This document shows, in pieces, positions 18,284-27,726 of a stretch of DNA of 64,000 nucleotides (position 1 is the stretch's first letter; each line of letters starts with the position of its first letter). Both the position numbers and the translations under genes were made by a program. Source of the DNA: Sediminibacterium sp. Its GTDB lineage: Bacteria > Bacteroidota > Bacteroidia > Chitinophagales > Chitinophagaceae. The notes below the pieces were generated by a model. It worked only from the letters and a program-made list of their open reading frames with translations. It searched no databases and had not been told where the DNA came from. Location: assembly GCF_019264485.1 (NCBI RefSeq), contig NZ_JAHVAA010000003.1, positions 2,355 through 66,354 on the forward strand. The letters are read 5' to 3'.

Positions 18284-19983
18284 ACAGGTTCACTGATGCG
18301 GAGATCGATCATTTTCAGTTGAATATTTTTTTCTCCGTTCCAGTCATTTTCATCCAGTGAGAATACCAGGTCAACGGGTTGCTGCTGCTGGAGCAGATGA
18401 AATTTGGAAGCCATATTAAAACCAATACCAGTAAAGCTGATGTTTTGCTGTTTAACTACAAACCGGATATGCTGTTCTTTTACAATCTTTGAAAACCCGG
18501 TATCGCTCACCCTCGATGCCATAAATACAGGACGCATATTATCGGGTCCGAAAGGTTCCATCTGGCATAGTATATTGAACATGGTAGGATTGATCTCTGA
18601 GAATTGTATTACCGAGTCGATATTAATTACAGGAATAAGTTGCTCGGGTTTAATTTGTGCCTGCACAACTTTTTCAAAAGCATTGGCAAAGTCAGTTACC
18701 TTCTCTGGTAATAAAGTCATACCGGCGGCGGCAAAATGCCCTCCATATCCCAGTAAATGTTCCTTGCACGCATGAATGGCTTCGTATAAATTAAAACCCG
18801 CCACGCTTCTTGCGCTACCAGCAACATAATCGCCACTTCGTGTTAAAACGATTGTTGGTCGGTAATGTTTTTCAATCAGCCTGCTGGCCACAATACCAAC
18901 CACACCTTTGTGCCAGTGTTCCTGATATACAACGGTTGACCTTTTACTGGCATGTTGAGGATCGGCTTCAATCAGTGCCAAAGCTTCTTCTGTAATAGAA
19001 CTGTCTGCCTCACGTCTGTCTGCATTATCGCTGTGTAACATTTCTGCGAAGGATAATGCTTTGCCGGGATCTTTTTCTACAAACAGTTGTACTGCTTTGC
19101 GCGCATCATCCATTCTTCCTGCTGCATTTACACGTGGCGCGATAATAAAAACAAGGTTGGTGATATGCATTGTTTTTTGCACAGCGGCAAGTTGCATCAG
19201 TGCTTTGATGCCCGGACAAGGGTTCTGGTTTACTTTCTCGAGGCCATAATAAGCCAATATTCTGTTTTCGCCTGTAATGGGTACAATGTCTGCAGCAATG
19301 GCGGTAGCAACCAGATCGAGATAGGCAAAATGGGTTTCTTCAGGTAATGAAAGTTTTTCACTCAGCGCCGTCATGAGTTTAAAACCAACACCACAACCAC
19401 ATAGTTCTTTATAAGGATACTGACAGTCGCTTTGTTTCGGATTCAAAATGGCAACAGCCGGTGGCAGGCTCAGATCGGGTAAGTGGTGATCGCATACAAT
19501 GAAATCAATCCCCAAAGTTTTGGCATAACCAATAAGGTCTGCCGATTTGATTCCACAGTCAAGTGAAACGATCAGCGTAAAACCATTTTCTTTAGCGTGA
19601 TCAATACCCATTTTTGAAATACCATACCCTTCTCGATAACGATGGGGTATATAGAAATCAACACTGTCGTAAATACTGCTGATGTACTGGTACATACCTG
19701 CAACAGCAGTGGTGCCGTCTACATCATAATCGCCAAAGACCAATATTTTTTCATGTTGCTGAAAGGCTGAGAGAAGGCGGTCAACAGCTTTATCCATGTC
19801 TTTCATCAGCCAGGGGCTGTGTAATTGTGCAAGCTGGGGCCGGAAATAATCTTTTGCCAGATCGTAAGTGTCAATACCTCTTTGAACAAGAATGGAACAA
19901 ATGGTTTTATTAATCTTCAGTTTCTCGTGAAGACTTTCAGTTTTGGTGGCATCTGTTGATAATATGTTCCAGCGTTTATCCAT
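18277..19983 (-). CDS. recJ: single-stranded-DNA-specific exonuclease RecJ
   Basis: DHH motifs 'FGDYDVDGTTA', 'SLDCGIKS' and 'VCDHH', plus the DHHA1 region 'GGHFAAAG'. Confidence 0.9.
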   Translation of the reverse strand: MDKRWNILSTDATKTESLHEKLKINKTICSILVQRGIDTYDLAKDYFRPQLAQLHSPWLMKDMDKAVDRLLSAFQQHEKILVFGDYDVDGTTAVAGMYQYISSIYDSVDFYIPHRYREGYGISKMGIDHAKENGFTLIVSLDCGIKSADLIGYAKTLGIDFIVCDHHLPDLSLPPAVAILNPKQSDCQYPYKELCGCGVGFKLMTALSEKLSLPEETHFAYLDLVATAIAADIVPITGENRILAYYGLEKVNQNPCPGIKALMQLAAVQKTMHITNLVFIIAPRVNAAGRMDDARKAVQLFVEKDPGKALSFAEMLHSDNADRREADSSITEEALALIEADPQHASKRSTVVYQEHWHKGVVGIVASRLIEKHYRPTIVLTRSGDYVAGSARSVAGFNLYEAIHACKEHLLGYGGHFAAAGMTLLPEKVTDFANAFEKVVQAQIKPEQLIPVINIDSVIQFSEINPTMFNILCQMEPFGPDNMRPVFMASRVSDTGFSKIVKEQHIRFVVKQQNISFTGIGFNMASKFHLLQQQQPVDLVFSLDENDWNGEKNIQLKMIDLRISEPVQ

Positions 19984-20945
19984 TAATAAGTCCGGTCTGT
20001 TGTATAGCGTACCAATTCTTCAAGGGCTTCTCTTTCGGGTGTTGGAGGAAATTCGTGTAGAATTGCCAGTGCCTCATCTCTGAAAGCAAACATTTTTTCC
20101 GTGGCGTATTGAATACCACCTGCTGTAGTAACAGCATCAATTACAAATTTCACTTTCTCCTTTTCCGTGTTTTCATTTTTTACGATGTACACAATTTTTC
20201 TTTTCAACTCGGAAGAGCAATTGTTAAGTGTATAGATAAGAGGTAGGGTCAATTTTTTTTCTTTGATATCATTACCTGTTGGTTTACCTATATCCATAGT
20301 GCCATAATCAAAGAGGTCATCTTTGATCTGAAAGGCCATTCCTACTTTTTCACCAAACTGTCTCATTTTTTCTACTTTATCCTGATCAGCAAAGGTAGTG
20401 GAAGCCCCTGCGGCACAGGCGGAGGCTAAAAGAGAGGCGGTTTTGCCATTAATTATTTCATAATAAATTGCTTCTTTGAGGTTCAGGTTACGGGCTTTTT
20501 CTATTTGTAATAGTTCTCCTTCGCTCATGAGGCGTACTGCTTCCGACAAAATCCTCAACACTTCATGGTCTTTATTATTAAGTGATAATAATAAACCTTT
20601 AGAGAGGAGGTAATCGCCTACGAGTACGGCAATCTTATTTTTCCAGAGTGCATTGATGGAAAAAAATCCGCGTCTTTCAAGTGCATCATCTACAACATCA
20701 TCATGTACCAGCGTAGCAGTATGTAATAGTTCTACCAGTGAAGCTGCCCGGTACGTGCTGTCGTTTACGGCGCCTCCCAGTCTGGCACTCAGCAGTACAA
20801 ACATGGGTCTGAGTTGCTTACCCTTGCGTTTAACAATGTACTGCATGATCCTGTCGAGCAGAGCTACCCGGCTCTTAACCGCTTCACGAAAATGCGATTC
20901 GAACTGGATTAATTCCTCTGATATTATTTTTTTTGCTAATTCCAT
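19983..20945 (-). CDS. polyprenyl diphosphate synthase (octaprenyl/solanesyl-type)
   Basis: 'LVHDDVVDD' and 'FQIKDDLFDY' aspartate-rich motifs. Confidence 0.85.
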   Translation of the reverse strand: MELAKKIISEELIQFESHFREAVKSRVALLDRIMQYIVKRKGKQLRPMFVLLSARLGGAVNDSTYRAASLVELLHTATLVHDDVVDDALERRGFFSINALWKNKIAVLVGDYLLSKGLLLSLNNKDHEVLRILSEAVRLMSEGELLQIEKARNLNLKEAIYYEIINGKTASLLASACAAGASTTFADQDKVEKMRQFGEKVGMAFQIKDDLFDYGTMDIGKPTGNDIKEKKLTLPLIYTLNNCSSELKRKIVYIVKNENTEKEKVKFVIDAVTTAGGIQYATEKMFAFRDEALAILHEFPPTPEREALEELVRYTTDRTY

Positions 20946-21074
20946 CGGTCAGAATATGCTGCAATATAGTCTGAGGAGGGCATAATAACGCCCACATATG
21001 CAGCGTTTTAGACTGAAATTGAGTCTGGTACGAAGATTGTTATAGAAAACCTTAAACAATATCCGGGCAGAAAA

Positions 21075-21105
21075 TTGGGTATTTGTATCATAAGACTTAA
21101 ATTTG
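21075..21105 (+). promoter_or_regulatory. candidate Bacteroidota promoter (-33 TTG, N20, -7 TAAATTTG) for the OmpA-family gene
   Basis: TTG at 21075..21077 and TAAATTTG at 21098..21105, 50 nt upstream of ATG 21156. Confidence 0.45.
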
Positions 21106-21155
21106 CAATGTTTTCTTAATATCAACAAGTTCTCATTAAATATCAATCAATTATT

Positions 21156-22694
21156 ATGGCAAGCAAAAAGAACATCTTAGCACTAGCGCTGATCGTACTG
21201 GTACAGTCGATCGGTATGGCTCAAACAGATTGGGGTTGGGATTGGAAAGACACATCCAAAATTTCAGTAAAGAAATTACCCCAGCATAATGAGTTTATCA
21301 ACAACCAGTATCCTTACCCTGCGCAACCACGCAGTCAGTGGGAATTAGGATTTGGTCTTGGTGCATCATCTATTACAGGTGATATCAAATCTAAATTAGG
21401 TTTCGGTGGTACGGTTTCTCTGCGTAAAGCATTGAACCACACTTTTTCTATCAGAACCGGTTTAACTGGTCTGTGGAACTCAGGTACCGCTAACGCTTTT
21501 CAAACAGCAGTTGGTCGTCCTGATTACAAAAACAGAACCTACCAGTTAGGTTTCGATGTAATCGCTTCACTCAATGCTGCAAGTCATTACCGCGGTAACC
21601 CTAAAACAAATGTGTATGTATTGATGGGTTATGCATTGAATGCATCGAATGTACTTTACAAAAGACCAGGTGGTGCTCAGCCAGGTGGTTACAGCTTCTT
21701 CTATGGTTATAACCAGAATGAAGTGTTCCCTAATAGCCAGGCAGGTACTATCACAACATTTGGTGGAGCTACCATCAATGGCAGACAGGCGTATACCCTT
21801 TATCATGGTATGAACCTTGGTGCTGGTATTGCGTTCAAACTGAGCAACAAAGTAAACATTGGTCTGGAGCATAAATATACTTTCACTGTTCCTGGATACG
21901 ATTTCCTCGACGGTGTTAGAGCTGGTAATAACAATGATTATATTGGCTTCACCAGTGCACGTGTAAACGTTAACATTGGTAATTCAGCTAAAAAAGTTCA
22001 ACCATTGTACTGGCTTAACCCAAACAACTTTGTGTACAGCGAGTTGAACTCTCCTTCACACATGAAGATGCCTAAAGTTGTACTGCCTGATGCCGATAAA
22101 GATGGCGTTACAGACCAGTTCGACCTCGAGCCAAACACACCAGCAGGTGCTCCTGTTGATTCTCATGGCCGTGCAAAAGATACTGATGGTGATGGTGTTC
22201 CTGATTACAAAGACAAAGAACTGCTGACTGCACAGAAATGTTTCCCTGTAAACAATGATGGTATCGGAACTTGTCCTGAGCCAGCTTGTTGCAAAGAGAT
22301 CAAAGACATGATCGCTAACATGAAGCCGGTTGAAGCAGCTCCTCAGTGTAATATCGGAAGCTTACCAAGCATCCAGTTCAAAGGAAAAGCTACACTGTCT
22401 AAAGATGCTCAGAATATCCTGAATGGTGTTGCTGCAAGAATCAATGCAAACCCAACCTGTAATATCAAAGTAATCGGTTACGGTGCTTCAAGCAAAGCTT
22501 CTCAGCAGTTAAGCTGGGATCGCGTTAATGCTGTAATCAAATACCTGGTTGAAAAACAAGGTGTTTCTGAAAGCCGTTTCATCTTTACTTATGGTCAGGA
22601 TGGAGATGCTAACACAGTAGATCTTCAGGGCACACTGGATGCGGGTCCAAACACAGTACCTGCTCCACACCCAAATCTGAAAAGCAGAAACTAA
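21156..22694 (+). CDS. OmpA-family outer membrane protein with thrombospondin type-3-like Ca-binding repeats
   Basis: Signal peptide and a beta-barrel-like N-half. 'DADKDGVTDQFD...DTDGDGVPDYKD' repeats. OmpA-like C-domain 'IQFKGKATLS...WDRVNAVIKYLV'. Confidence 0.8.
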   Translation: MASKKNILALALIVLVQSIGMAQTDWGWDWKDTSKISVKKLPQHNEFINNQYPYPAQPRSQWELGFGLGASSITGDIKSKLGFGGTVSLRKALNHTFSIRTGLTGLWNSGTANAFQTAVGRPDYKNRTYQLGFDVIASLNAASHYRGNPKTNVYVLMGYALNASNVLYKRPGGAQPGGYSFFYGYNQNEVFPNSQAGTITTFGGATINGRQAYTLYHGMNLGAGIAFKLSNKVNIGLEHKYTFTVPGYDFLDGVRAGNNNDYIGFTSARVNVNIGNSAKKVQPLYWLNPNNFVYSELNSPSHMKMPKVVLPDADKDGVTDQFDLEPNTPAGAPVDSHGRAKDTDGDGVPDYKDKELLTAQKCFPVNNDGIGTCPEPACCKEIKDMIANMKPVEAAPQCNIGSLPSIQFKGKATLSKDAQNILNGVAARINANPTCNIKVIGYGASSKASQQLSWDRVNAVIKYLVEKQGVSESRFIFTYGQDGDANTVDLQGTLDAGPNTVPAPHPNLKSRN

Positions 22695-22717
22695 TCATCT
22701 GATTAGTCAGAAATAAT

Positions 22718-22756
22718 AAAAGCCCCGGTCAGAAAATGATCGGGGCTTTGTTTTTT
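22718..22756 (+). terminator. rho-independent terminator after the OmpA-family gene
   Basis: aaagccccg / cggggcttt stem followed by gtttttt. Confidence 0.8.
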
Positions 22757-22791
22757 AGTCCATGGTCAATGGTCCATGGACTATGGACCAT
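22757..22791. repeat. tandem heptamer array (GGTCCAT-type, 5 units)
   Basis: agtccat ggtcaat ggtccat ggactat ggaccat. It contains the palindrome gtccatggac and shares its word with the hairpin at 47088..47136. Confidence 0.75.
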
Positions 22792-22797
22792 CGATTA

Positions 22798-23460
22798 TTA
22801 ACTATGAACCAAATTAAAATGCAACTCTCCAAAATTCTGTAATGAAGAAAGTTTGAGATCAGCAGCGCTCCATTTTTCATCTTTTAATTGTGATACATGA
22901 GGAACAACCACACATTTCATTCGGGCGGCTTTGGCAGCAATCATTCCATTGAAAGAATCTTCGAAACAAATACAGGAAGTAGGATTGCTGCCCAGTGAAC
23001 CGGCACAATCGAGATACACTTGTGGATGAGGTTTGCCATAGGCCAATGCTTCTGCCGATGCAGTAGCATGCAGGTATTTTTCAATTCCGCAGATATTCAC
23101 TACAAGGTCTATCAGTGCGGGTGGCGATGAAGTGGCCAGGCCAATTTTAAAAGATTTTCGGTGAAAGAAATCAAATATATAAGGTACACCGGGCATTACT
23201 TTTCCTTTTTGTTCAATCTTGCTTAAAACCAGCGCTACAATTTTCTGCTCGGCTCTTTTTAATTCACTGTCACCAATATTAAAATATTGAAACCACCACT
23301 GTACAAACTCTCTGGTACGTAAACCTGTAGTGGTTTTGTATTGTTCTTCTGTCATACTAACACCATATTCCAGGAATAACTCAGTGGCTGCTTCATTCCA
23401 CAGCGGCTCACTGTCGATCAGCAAACCATCAATATCAAATATCACCGTATCTAATTGCAT
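22798..23460 (-). CDS. HAD-IA family phosphatase (sugar-phosphate phosphatase-like)
   Basis: 'VIFDIDGLLIDSEPLW' motif I, 'GLATSS' motif II, and 'FEDSFNGMIAAKAARM' motif IV. ATG at 23460. Confidence 0.8.
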   Translation of the reverse strand: MQLDTVIFDIDGLLIDSEPLWNEAATELFLEYGVSMTEEQYKTTTGLRTREFVQWWFQYFNIGDSELKRAEQKIVALVLSKIEQKGKVMPGVPYIFDFFHRKSFKIGLATSSPPALIDLVVNICGIEKYLHATASAEALAYGKPHPQVYLDCAGSLGSNPTSCICFEDSFNGMIAAKAARMKCVVVPHVSQLKDEKWSAADLKLSSLQNFGELHFNLVHS

Positions 23461-23478
23461 GGATAATTTTTTACAGCG

Positions 23479-23486
23479 CAAATGTA
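23479..23486 (-). promoter_or_regulatory. candidate -7 box (TACATTTG) for the HAD phosphatase gene
   Basis: caaatgta on plus, 18 nt upstream of ATG 23460. Confidence 0.35.
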
Positions 23487-23591
23487 TTTCTCTGTCGTTG
23501 TTATTTGTGCCTGTATCCGGCATTTTTTAAACAATCACTTAACAATTTGATTACATTCCTTATTTTGCACGACTTGCCAACTCCAAGCTCT

Positions 23592-24359
23592 ATGCGAATA
23601 ACGGAACGTTTGAGACATATTAAAGTGGTTCGTTCAATCGTTTATGCCATCGTGGGATTGTTTTCTTATCCGGGTCTGACATGGATCAATAAAATAAAAA
23701 TTGAAGGGACTGAGCACCTGGTAAAACTGCCTAAAAAGAATGTGCTTTTTGTAAGTAACCACCAGACCTATTTTGCAGATGTCATTACTTTTATCCATAT
23801 TTTTTGTGCAGTAAAATGGAGACGACAAAACAGGCTTGGTCTTCCTTTTTATTTACTCAATCCGTTTACCAATGTGTATTTCGTTGCAGCAGAGGAAACC
23901 ATGAATGGAAACTGGTTGAGTCGGTTGTTTAAACTGGCAGGCGCCCTTACCATAAAACGTACCTGGCGTTCTGAAGGTCAGGATATCAGCAGAAACAGGG
24001 ATGAAGCCGACACACAAAAAATTGACCAGGCATTGAATAAAAGCTGGGTCATTACTTTTCCACAGGGAACCACCAAACCTTTTGCTCCGGGACGAAAAGG
24101 AACTGCCCATATCATTAAAAATAACCAGCCCATTGTAGTACCAGTGGTGATCAATGGATTTTGGCGGGCGTTTAATAAAAAGGGACTTAGTTTCAAGAAA
24201 AAGGGGTCAACCTTATCTATCAGGTTTAAAGAGCCGATGGTAATTGATTATACGCAGCCTGTAGAAGCCATACTGGACCAGATAATGGACGCAATAGAAC
24301 AAAGCAAGGATTACATGATGCGTGGCAGGCATCATATATTAACGAAACTGGATAAATAA
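23592..24359 (+). CDS. 1-acyl-sn-glycerol-3-phosphate acyltransferase family protein
   Basis: 'FVSNHQTYFAD' (HX4D) and 'FPQGTT' acyltransferase motifs. ATG at 23592. A TATTTTGC box lies at 23561..23568. Confidence 0.75.
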   Translation: MRITERLRHIKVVRSIVYAIVGLFSYPGLTWINKIKIEGTEHLVKLPKKNVLFVSNHQTYFADVITFIHIFCAVKWRRQNRLGLPFYLLNPFTNVYFVAAEETMNGNWLSRLFKLAGALTIKRTWRSEGQDISRNRDEADTQKIDQALNKSWVITFPQGTTKPFAPGRKGTAHIIKNNQPIVVPVVINGFWRAFNKKGLSFKKKGSTLSIRFKEPMVIDYTQPVEAILDQIMDAIEQSKDYMMRGRHHILTKLDK

Positions 24360-24365
24360 CCGGAT

Positions 24366-24881
24366 TTAGTCTTTAATAAATAATGCCTTTAATTCATTGG
24401 CATCATCGGGTTTCATTTTTCCCGCCAGTATCAGCCTGATCTGCCTTCTTCTCAGGGCACCATCAAATAATTTTTGCTCGTCCTCGGTTTCGGGAATCAA
24501 CTCCGGAACTTTTCTGGGTTTGCCGTTGGGATCGAGCGCTACAAAAGTGAAGAAAGCTTCATTGCTTTCATATTTGTATTGATGCAAGAGGTCTTCACCC
24601 CACACTTTAATATGAATTTCCATGGAGGTATTAAAAGCGCGACAAACTTTGGCTTCAATATGTACCACATTTCCCAGCTTAATGGGGTTTTTAAAACTCA
24701 GGTTATCAACCGAAGCTGTCATGCTGGGTGTGTTACAATGACGACCTGCAGCAATACCCGCAGCAATATCCATCCAATACATCAACCTGCCACCCATAAG
24801 ATTACCAAAAGTATTGGTATCATTCGGCAGTACCAGTTCGTTCATAATGGTAACACTCTCACTCACTTTTTTTCCTTCCAT
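24366..24881 (-). CDS. acyl-CoA thioesterase (hotdog fold, YciA-like)
   Basis: 'NELVLPNDTNTFGNLMGGRLMYWMDIAAGIAA...ASVDNLSFKNP'. ATG at 24881. Confidence 0.8.
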   Translation of the reverse strand: MEGKKVSESVTIMNELVLPNDTNTFGNLMGGRLMYWMDIAAGIAAGRHCNTPSMTASVDNLSFKNPIKLGNVVHIEAKVCRAFNTSMEIHIKVWGEDLLHQYKYESNEAFFTFVALDPNGKPRKVPELIPETEDEQKLFDGALRRRQIRLILAGKMKPDDANELKALFIKD

Positions 24882-24896
24882 CTGTATAAATTTTGA

Positions 24897-24904
24897 CAAA
24901 GATA
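24897..24904 (-). promoter_or_regulatory. candidate -7 box (TATCTTTG) for the thioesterase gene
   Basis: caaagata on plus, 15 nt upstream of ATG 24881. Confidence 0.35.
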
Positions 24905-24913
24905 AGAAAGAGG

Positions 24914-25022
24914 GAAACAGAAGAACAGAGAAACAGAGAAATGTCCAACTTCCAACTTCGACATTGGATATTCCCGAAGGGTCCCTCGGAGGACATTCCT
25001 CTGTTTCTCTGCTCTTCTGTTC
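24914..25022. repeat. long-range imperfect hairpin of purine-rich simple repeats (arms about 33 nt, about 44-nt spacer)
   Basis: gaaacagaagaacagagaaacagagaaatgtcc (24914..24946) pairs with ggacattcctctgtttctctgctcttctgttc (24991..25022). The right arm overlaps the epimerase stop codon. Confidence 0.75.
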
Positions 25023-26124
25023 ATACAATGCAGGTAACGCTATTGTGTTTGGCAAAGAACACCGGGTCAACATCGGCTCCAATACCGGGGCCATCATTTA
25101 GTATCAGCTCCATACCATTGTATTGAACACCACCTATAACAGGGTCTTCTTTATGTCCGAGTAAACAGGTATCCAGATCATAAAACTGGATATTATCGTG
25201 TGCCATGGCAAAGTGTACTTTGGCTGTAAGTGCCATCCTGCTTTCCAGCATACCACCCAGCATGCAGGGGATATTATTTTGTTCGGCTACCTGGTTAATC
25301 CTGATGGCTTCACGTATACCACCACTTTTAGCTAATTTGATATTGATGTAATCGCAGGCTTTATTTCTGATTAGCCTTTGCGCATCATGATGTGTAAACA
25401 CACTTTCGTCGGCCATTACAGGGATGCCTGATATTTCACAGAGTGAGGGTAATAGCTCATCGTTCCATTTTCTCATGGGTTGTTCGCAAAACTGTATCTG
25501 ATAGGTTTCAAGGGCTGTTAATGCGGTAATTGCATCGTCATAAGTCCAGCCCTGATTGGCATCTATTCTCAAAATAATATCGGAGCCAACTGCTTCACGA
25601 ATCAATTTAATCCTTTGTATATCGGTGAAAACTTCTTTACCTAATTTCACCTTGATCATTCTCACCCCTTTCTGTTTAAACTCTAATGCGGTAGCCGCCA
25701 TAGCAGCAGGATCGCTGATGCCAATGGTAAGATCGCTTTCAATTTTTTTCTTCTGTCCGCCTAAATATTGATACAAAGGAAGACCGGCCTTACGTGAAGC
25801 GATATCATAGAGTGCCATATCAAAAGCACTTTTGGCAGTATAATTACCAGCAGTAAATAAATCCAGCTCATTGAGCCGCTCTTCAATTTCAAGTGGATTT
25901 TTACCTTTCCATAGTCTTGCAAAATCTTTGGCCATTTCAAAACAGGTGGCCTGTGTTTCTGCAGCGATCATGGGAAAGGCAGAACATTCGCCCATACCGG
26001 TGATACCATCACTCGTATGAATACGGATGAAAATATTCTGTGCATATTCCATGGTACCGGTAGCTATGGTAAAAGGAACCATTGGAATAGAATACTTATA
26101 AATTTCGATGGATGAAATAGTCAT
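25021..26124 (-). CDS. dipeptide epimerase (L-Ala-D/L-Glu epimerase-like, enolase superfamily)
   Basis: 'KVKLG', 'RIDANQGW', 'FCEQP', 'MADES' and 'INIKLAKSGG', a catalytic pattern of the MLE subgroup. Confidence 0.8.
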   Translation of the reverse strand: MTISSIEIYKYSIPMVPFTIATGTMEYAQNIFIRIHTSDGITGMGECSAFPMIAAETQATCFEMAKDFARLWKGKNPLEIEERLNELDLFTAGNYTAKSAFDMALYDIASRKAGLPLYQYLGGQKKKIESDLTIGISDPAAMAATALEFKQKGVRMIKVKLGKEVFTDIQRIKLIREAVGSDIILRIDANQGWTYDDAITALTALETYQIQFCEQPMRKWNDELLPSLCEISGIPVMADESVFTHHDAQRLIRNKACDYINIKLAKSGGIREAIRINQVAEQNNIPCMLGGMLESRMALTAKVHFAMAHDNIQFYDLDTCLLGHKEDPVIGGVQYNGMELILNDGPGIGADVDPVFFAKHNSVTCIV

Positions 26125-26140
26125 GCGCGAATTTCAGGAA

Positions 26141-27238
26141 TTATCGCAAATACTTTTCACATTTCTTCCAGTAACTGAAAAAGGATGGGTAATAACCTGT
26201 TACTTCCGGAAACATCCAGCTTCTTGGTTCCGCTGTTCCTTTATAATGTTTGGTAAGCGGATGTTCTTTATAATAAATGCTGGATAGAGGAAATGCCTGA
26301 GAGAGCTTATCAAATGAACCTGCAAACAATTGAATATCCGGAATATTTTTCCGGGCAAGATCAATGATAAATTCAAGTACCCGTTTACTCACCGGGTACT
26401 TTTCAAAATGGGAGGGTTCCAACAGAAGTATACGAAGCCCTCTTTCGCCTGCATGCCAGGCCGGATCAAGTTGATAGCTGTTATAAACAAAAATAGTATC
26501 GTTTTTTTGATCTGCTTTATCAGGATCGGGCAACAGGGTAGATAATGATAATGAATTTTGAGCTTTGAGTATATCAGGAACTTCCATGTTTTCAAATGCA
26601 TCATATTCAACCGATAAAAAAGTAGATAGCTGTGTACTGCCTGTATACTTATTAATATTTTCCTGGTTGGCTACATATTTTTTACTGCTGAAACTACCTG
26701 CTACCCACTGCCAGCTAAGAGCATTACTGGCCAGATCGCCGTCTATTAAATGGTAATACATCCATTGGGCTGGAGCCAGCCAGTGTGCTCTTCCAATATT
26801 GCAACAGAGCATGGCAGTGTACATCCGGAGATGATTATGCATATAACCTGTTGCATACAATGTTGCTATGCCTTCATCAATAGATCTTATACCCGTTGCT
26901 CCTTTTACGACCGAATCGGGTACCTGATGATGATCAACCTGTGTTTGTGTCTGTTTCAGGTCTGTAAAAATCAAATCTCCTTTAGCCTGCCATACCCGTT
27001 GATAATATTCTCTCCAGGCTAATTCCTGTAATAGTTTTTCTGACTGATGTACTGAGTAATTCTCTAATAGCGTAGATTTTACCTGTGCTAAAGAAATAAC
27101 GCCTCTTGATAAGTAGGGAGAGAGCCTGGTTACAGCACCGGTCAGAAAATTACGCGTCTTACCATATGCAACCGGTTCTATGGCTGCTATACGTTCTCTG
27201 ATCTTTGACAGGTCTGTCGGAAAATCCATACTGTTCAT
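26141..27238 (-). CDS. photolyase/cryptochrome superfamily protein with inverted domain order (NewPHL-like)
   Basis: The FAD-binding catalytic domain is N-terminal ('WREYYQRVW', 'TGYMHNHLRMY', 'IDGDLASNALSWQWVAG'). It is followed by an alpha/beta-like C-domain of about 130 aa. Confidence 0.65.
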   Translation of the reverse strand: MNSMDFPTDLSKIRERIAAIEPVAYGKTRNFLTGAVTRLSPYLSRGVISLAQVKSTLLENYSVHQSEKLLQELAWREYYQRVWQAKGDLIFTDLKQTQTQVDHHQVPDSVVKGATGIRSIDEGIATLYATGYMHNHLRMYTAMLCCNIGRAHWLAPAQWMYYHLIDGDLASNALSWQWVAGSFSSKKYVANQENINKYTGSTQLSTFLSVEYDAFENMEVPDILKAQNSLSLSTLLPDPDKADQKNDTIFVYNSYQLDPAWHAGERGLRILLLEPSHFEKYPVSKRVLEFIIDLARKNIPDIQLFAGSFDKLSQAFPLSSIYYKEHPLTKHYKGTAEPRSWMFPEVTGYYPSFFSYWKKCEKYLR

Positions 27239-27717
27239 ATCCTGATGAGTTGGTGTTTTCTCAAAGTGTCTAAGGTGAGCGGCTCACCTTCATTCATATT
27301 TTTGTATTGTAATACTTCACAGAGGAAGCCGGTATGATCACCGCCGGGGAAACTGCTGATGGTTTTCAAATGCATCACAGCTAATGCATCTTTTAAAACC
27401 GGAAACTCATTCCAATGGGTGAGCAGTTTTCTTTTTTCCAACCGGGAAATTTTATCAGTATCATGTCCTGATTTTTTTCCAAGTAATTCAACCAACCTGT
27501 ATTGTTCTACAGATAATAATTGTAAAACAAATTTATTATGCGCTATGATATTCTCCAGCGTTTTAGTTCCTTCATAAATACCACATACATAACGTTTGGG
27601 ATACATACTAATCTGGCTTGCATAAGTAATGATATGCATATTGAATAAACCATTACCATCTGAACTGCAAATAGAGTAAACAGGTAAATTCACCCTGTTC
27701 CAAGGACGTTTTGACAT
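27235..27717 (-). CDS. flavin reductase-like (FMN-binding split-barrel) protein
   Basis: 160 aa with the size and pattern of the flavin reductase family. Its stop overlaps the downstream ATG (ATGA). Confidence 0.6.
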   Translation of the reverse strand: MSKRPWNRVNLPVYSICSSDGNGLFNMHIITYASQISMYPKRYVCGIYEGTKTLENIIAHNKFVLQLLSVEQYRLVELLGKKSGHDTDKISRLEKRKLLTHWNEFPVLKDALAVMHLKTISSFPGGDHTGFLCEVLQYKNMNEGEPLTLDTLRKHQLIRI

Positions 27718-27726
27718 ATCTTTTGT

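Noticed and set aside
20949-21146. 65-aa minus-strand ORF in the polyprenyl synthase/OmpA intergenic region.
   Set aside because: Low-complexity, AT-rich translation with no motif. It occupies a divergent promoter region that contains a good -33/-7 pair for the OmpA-family gene.
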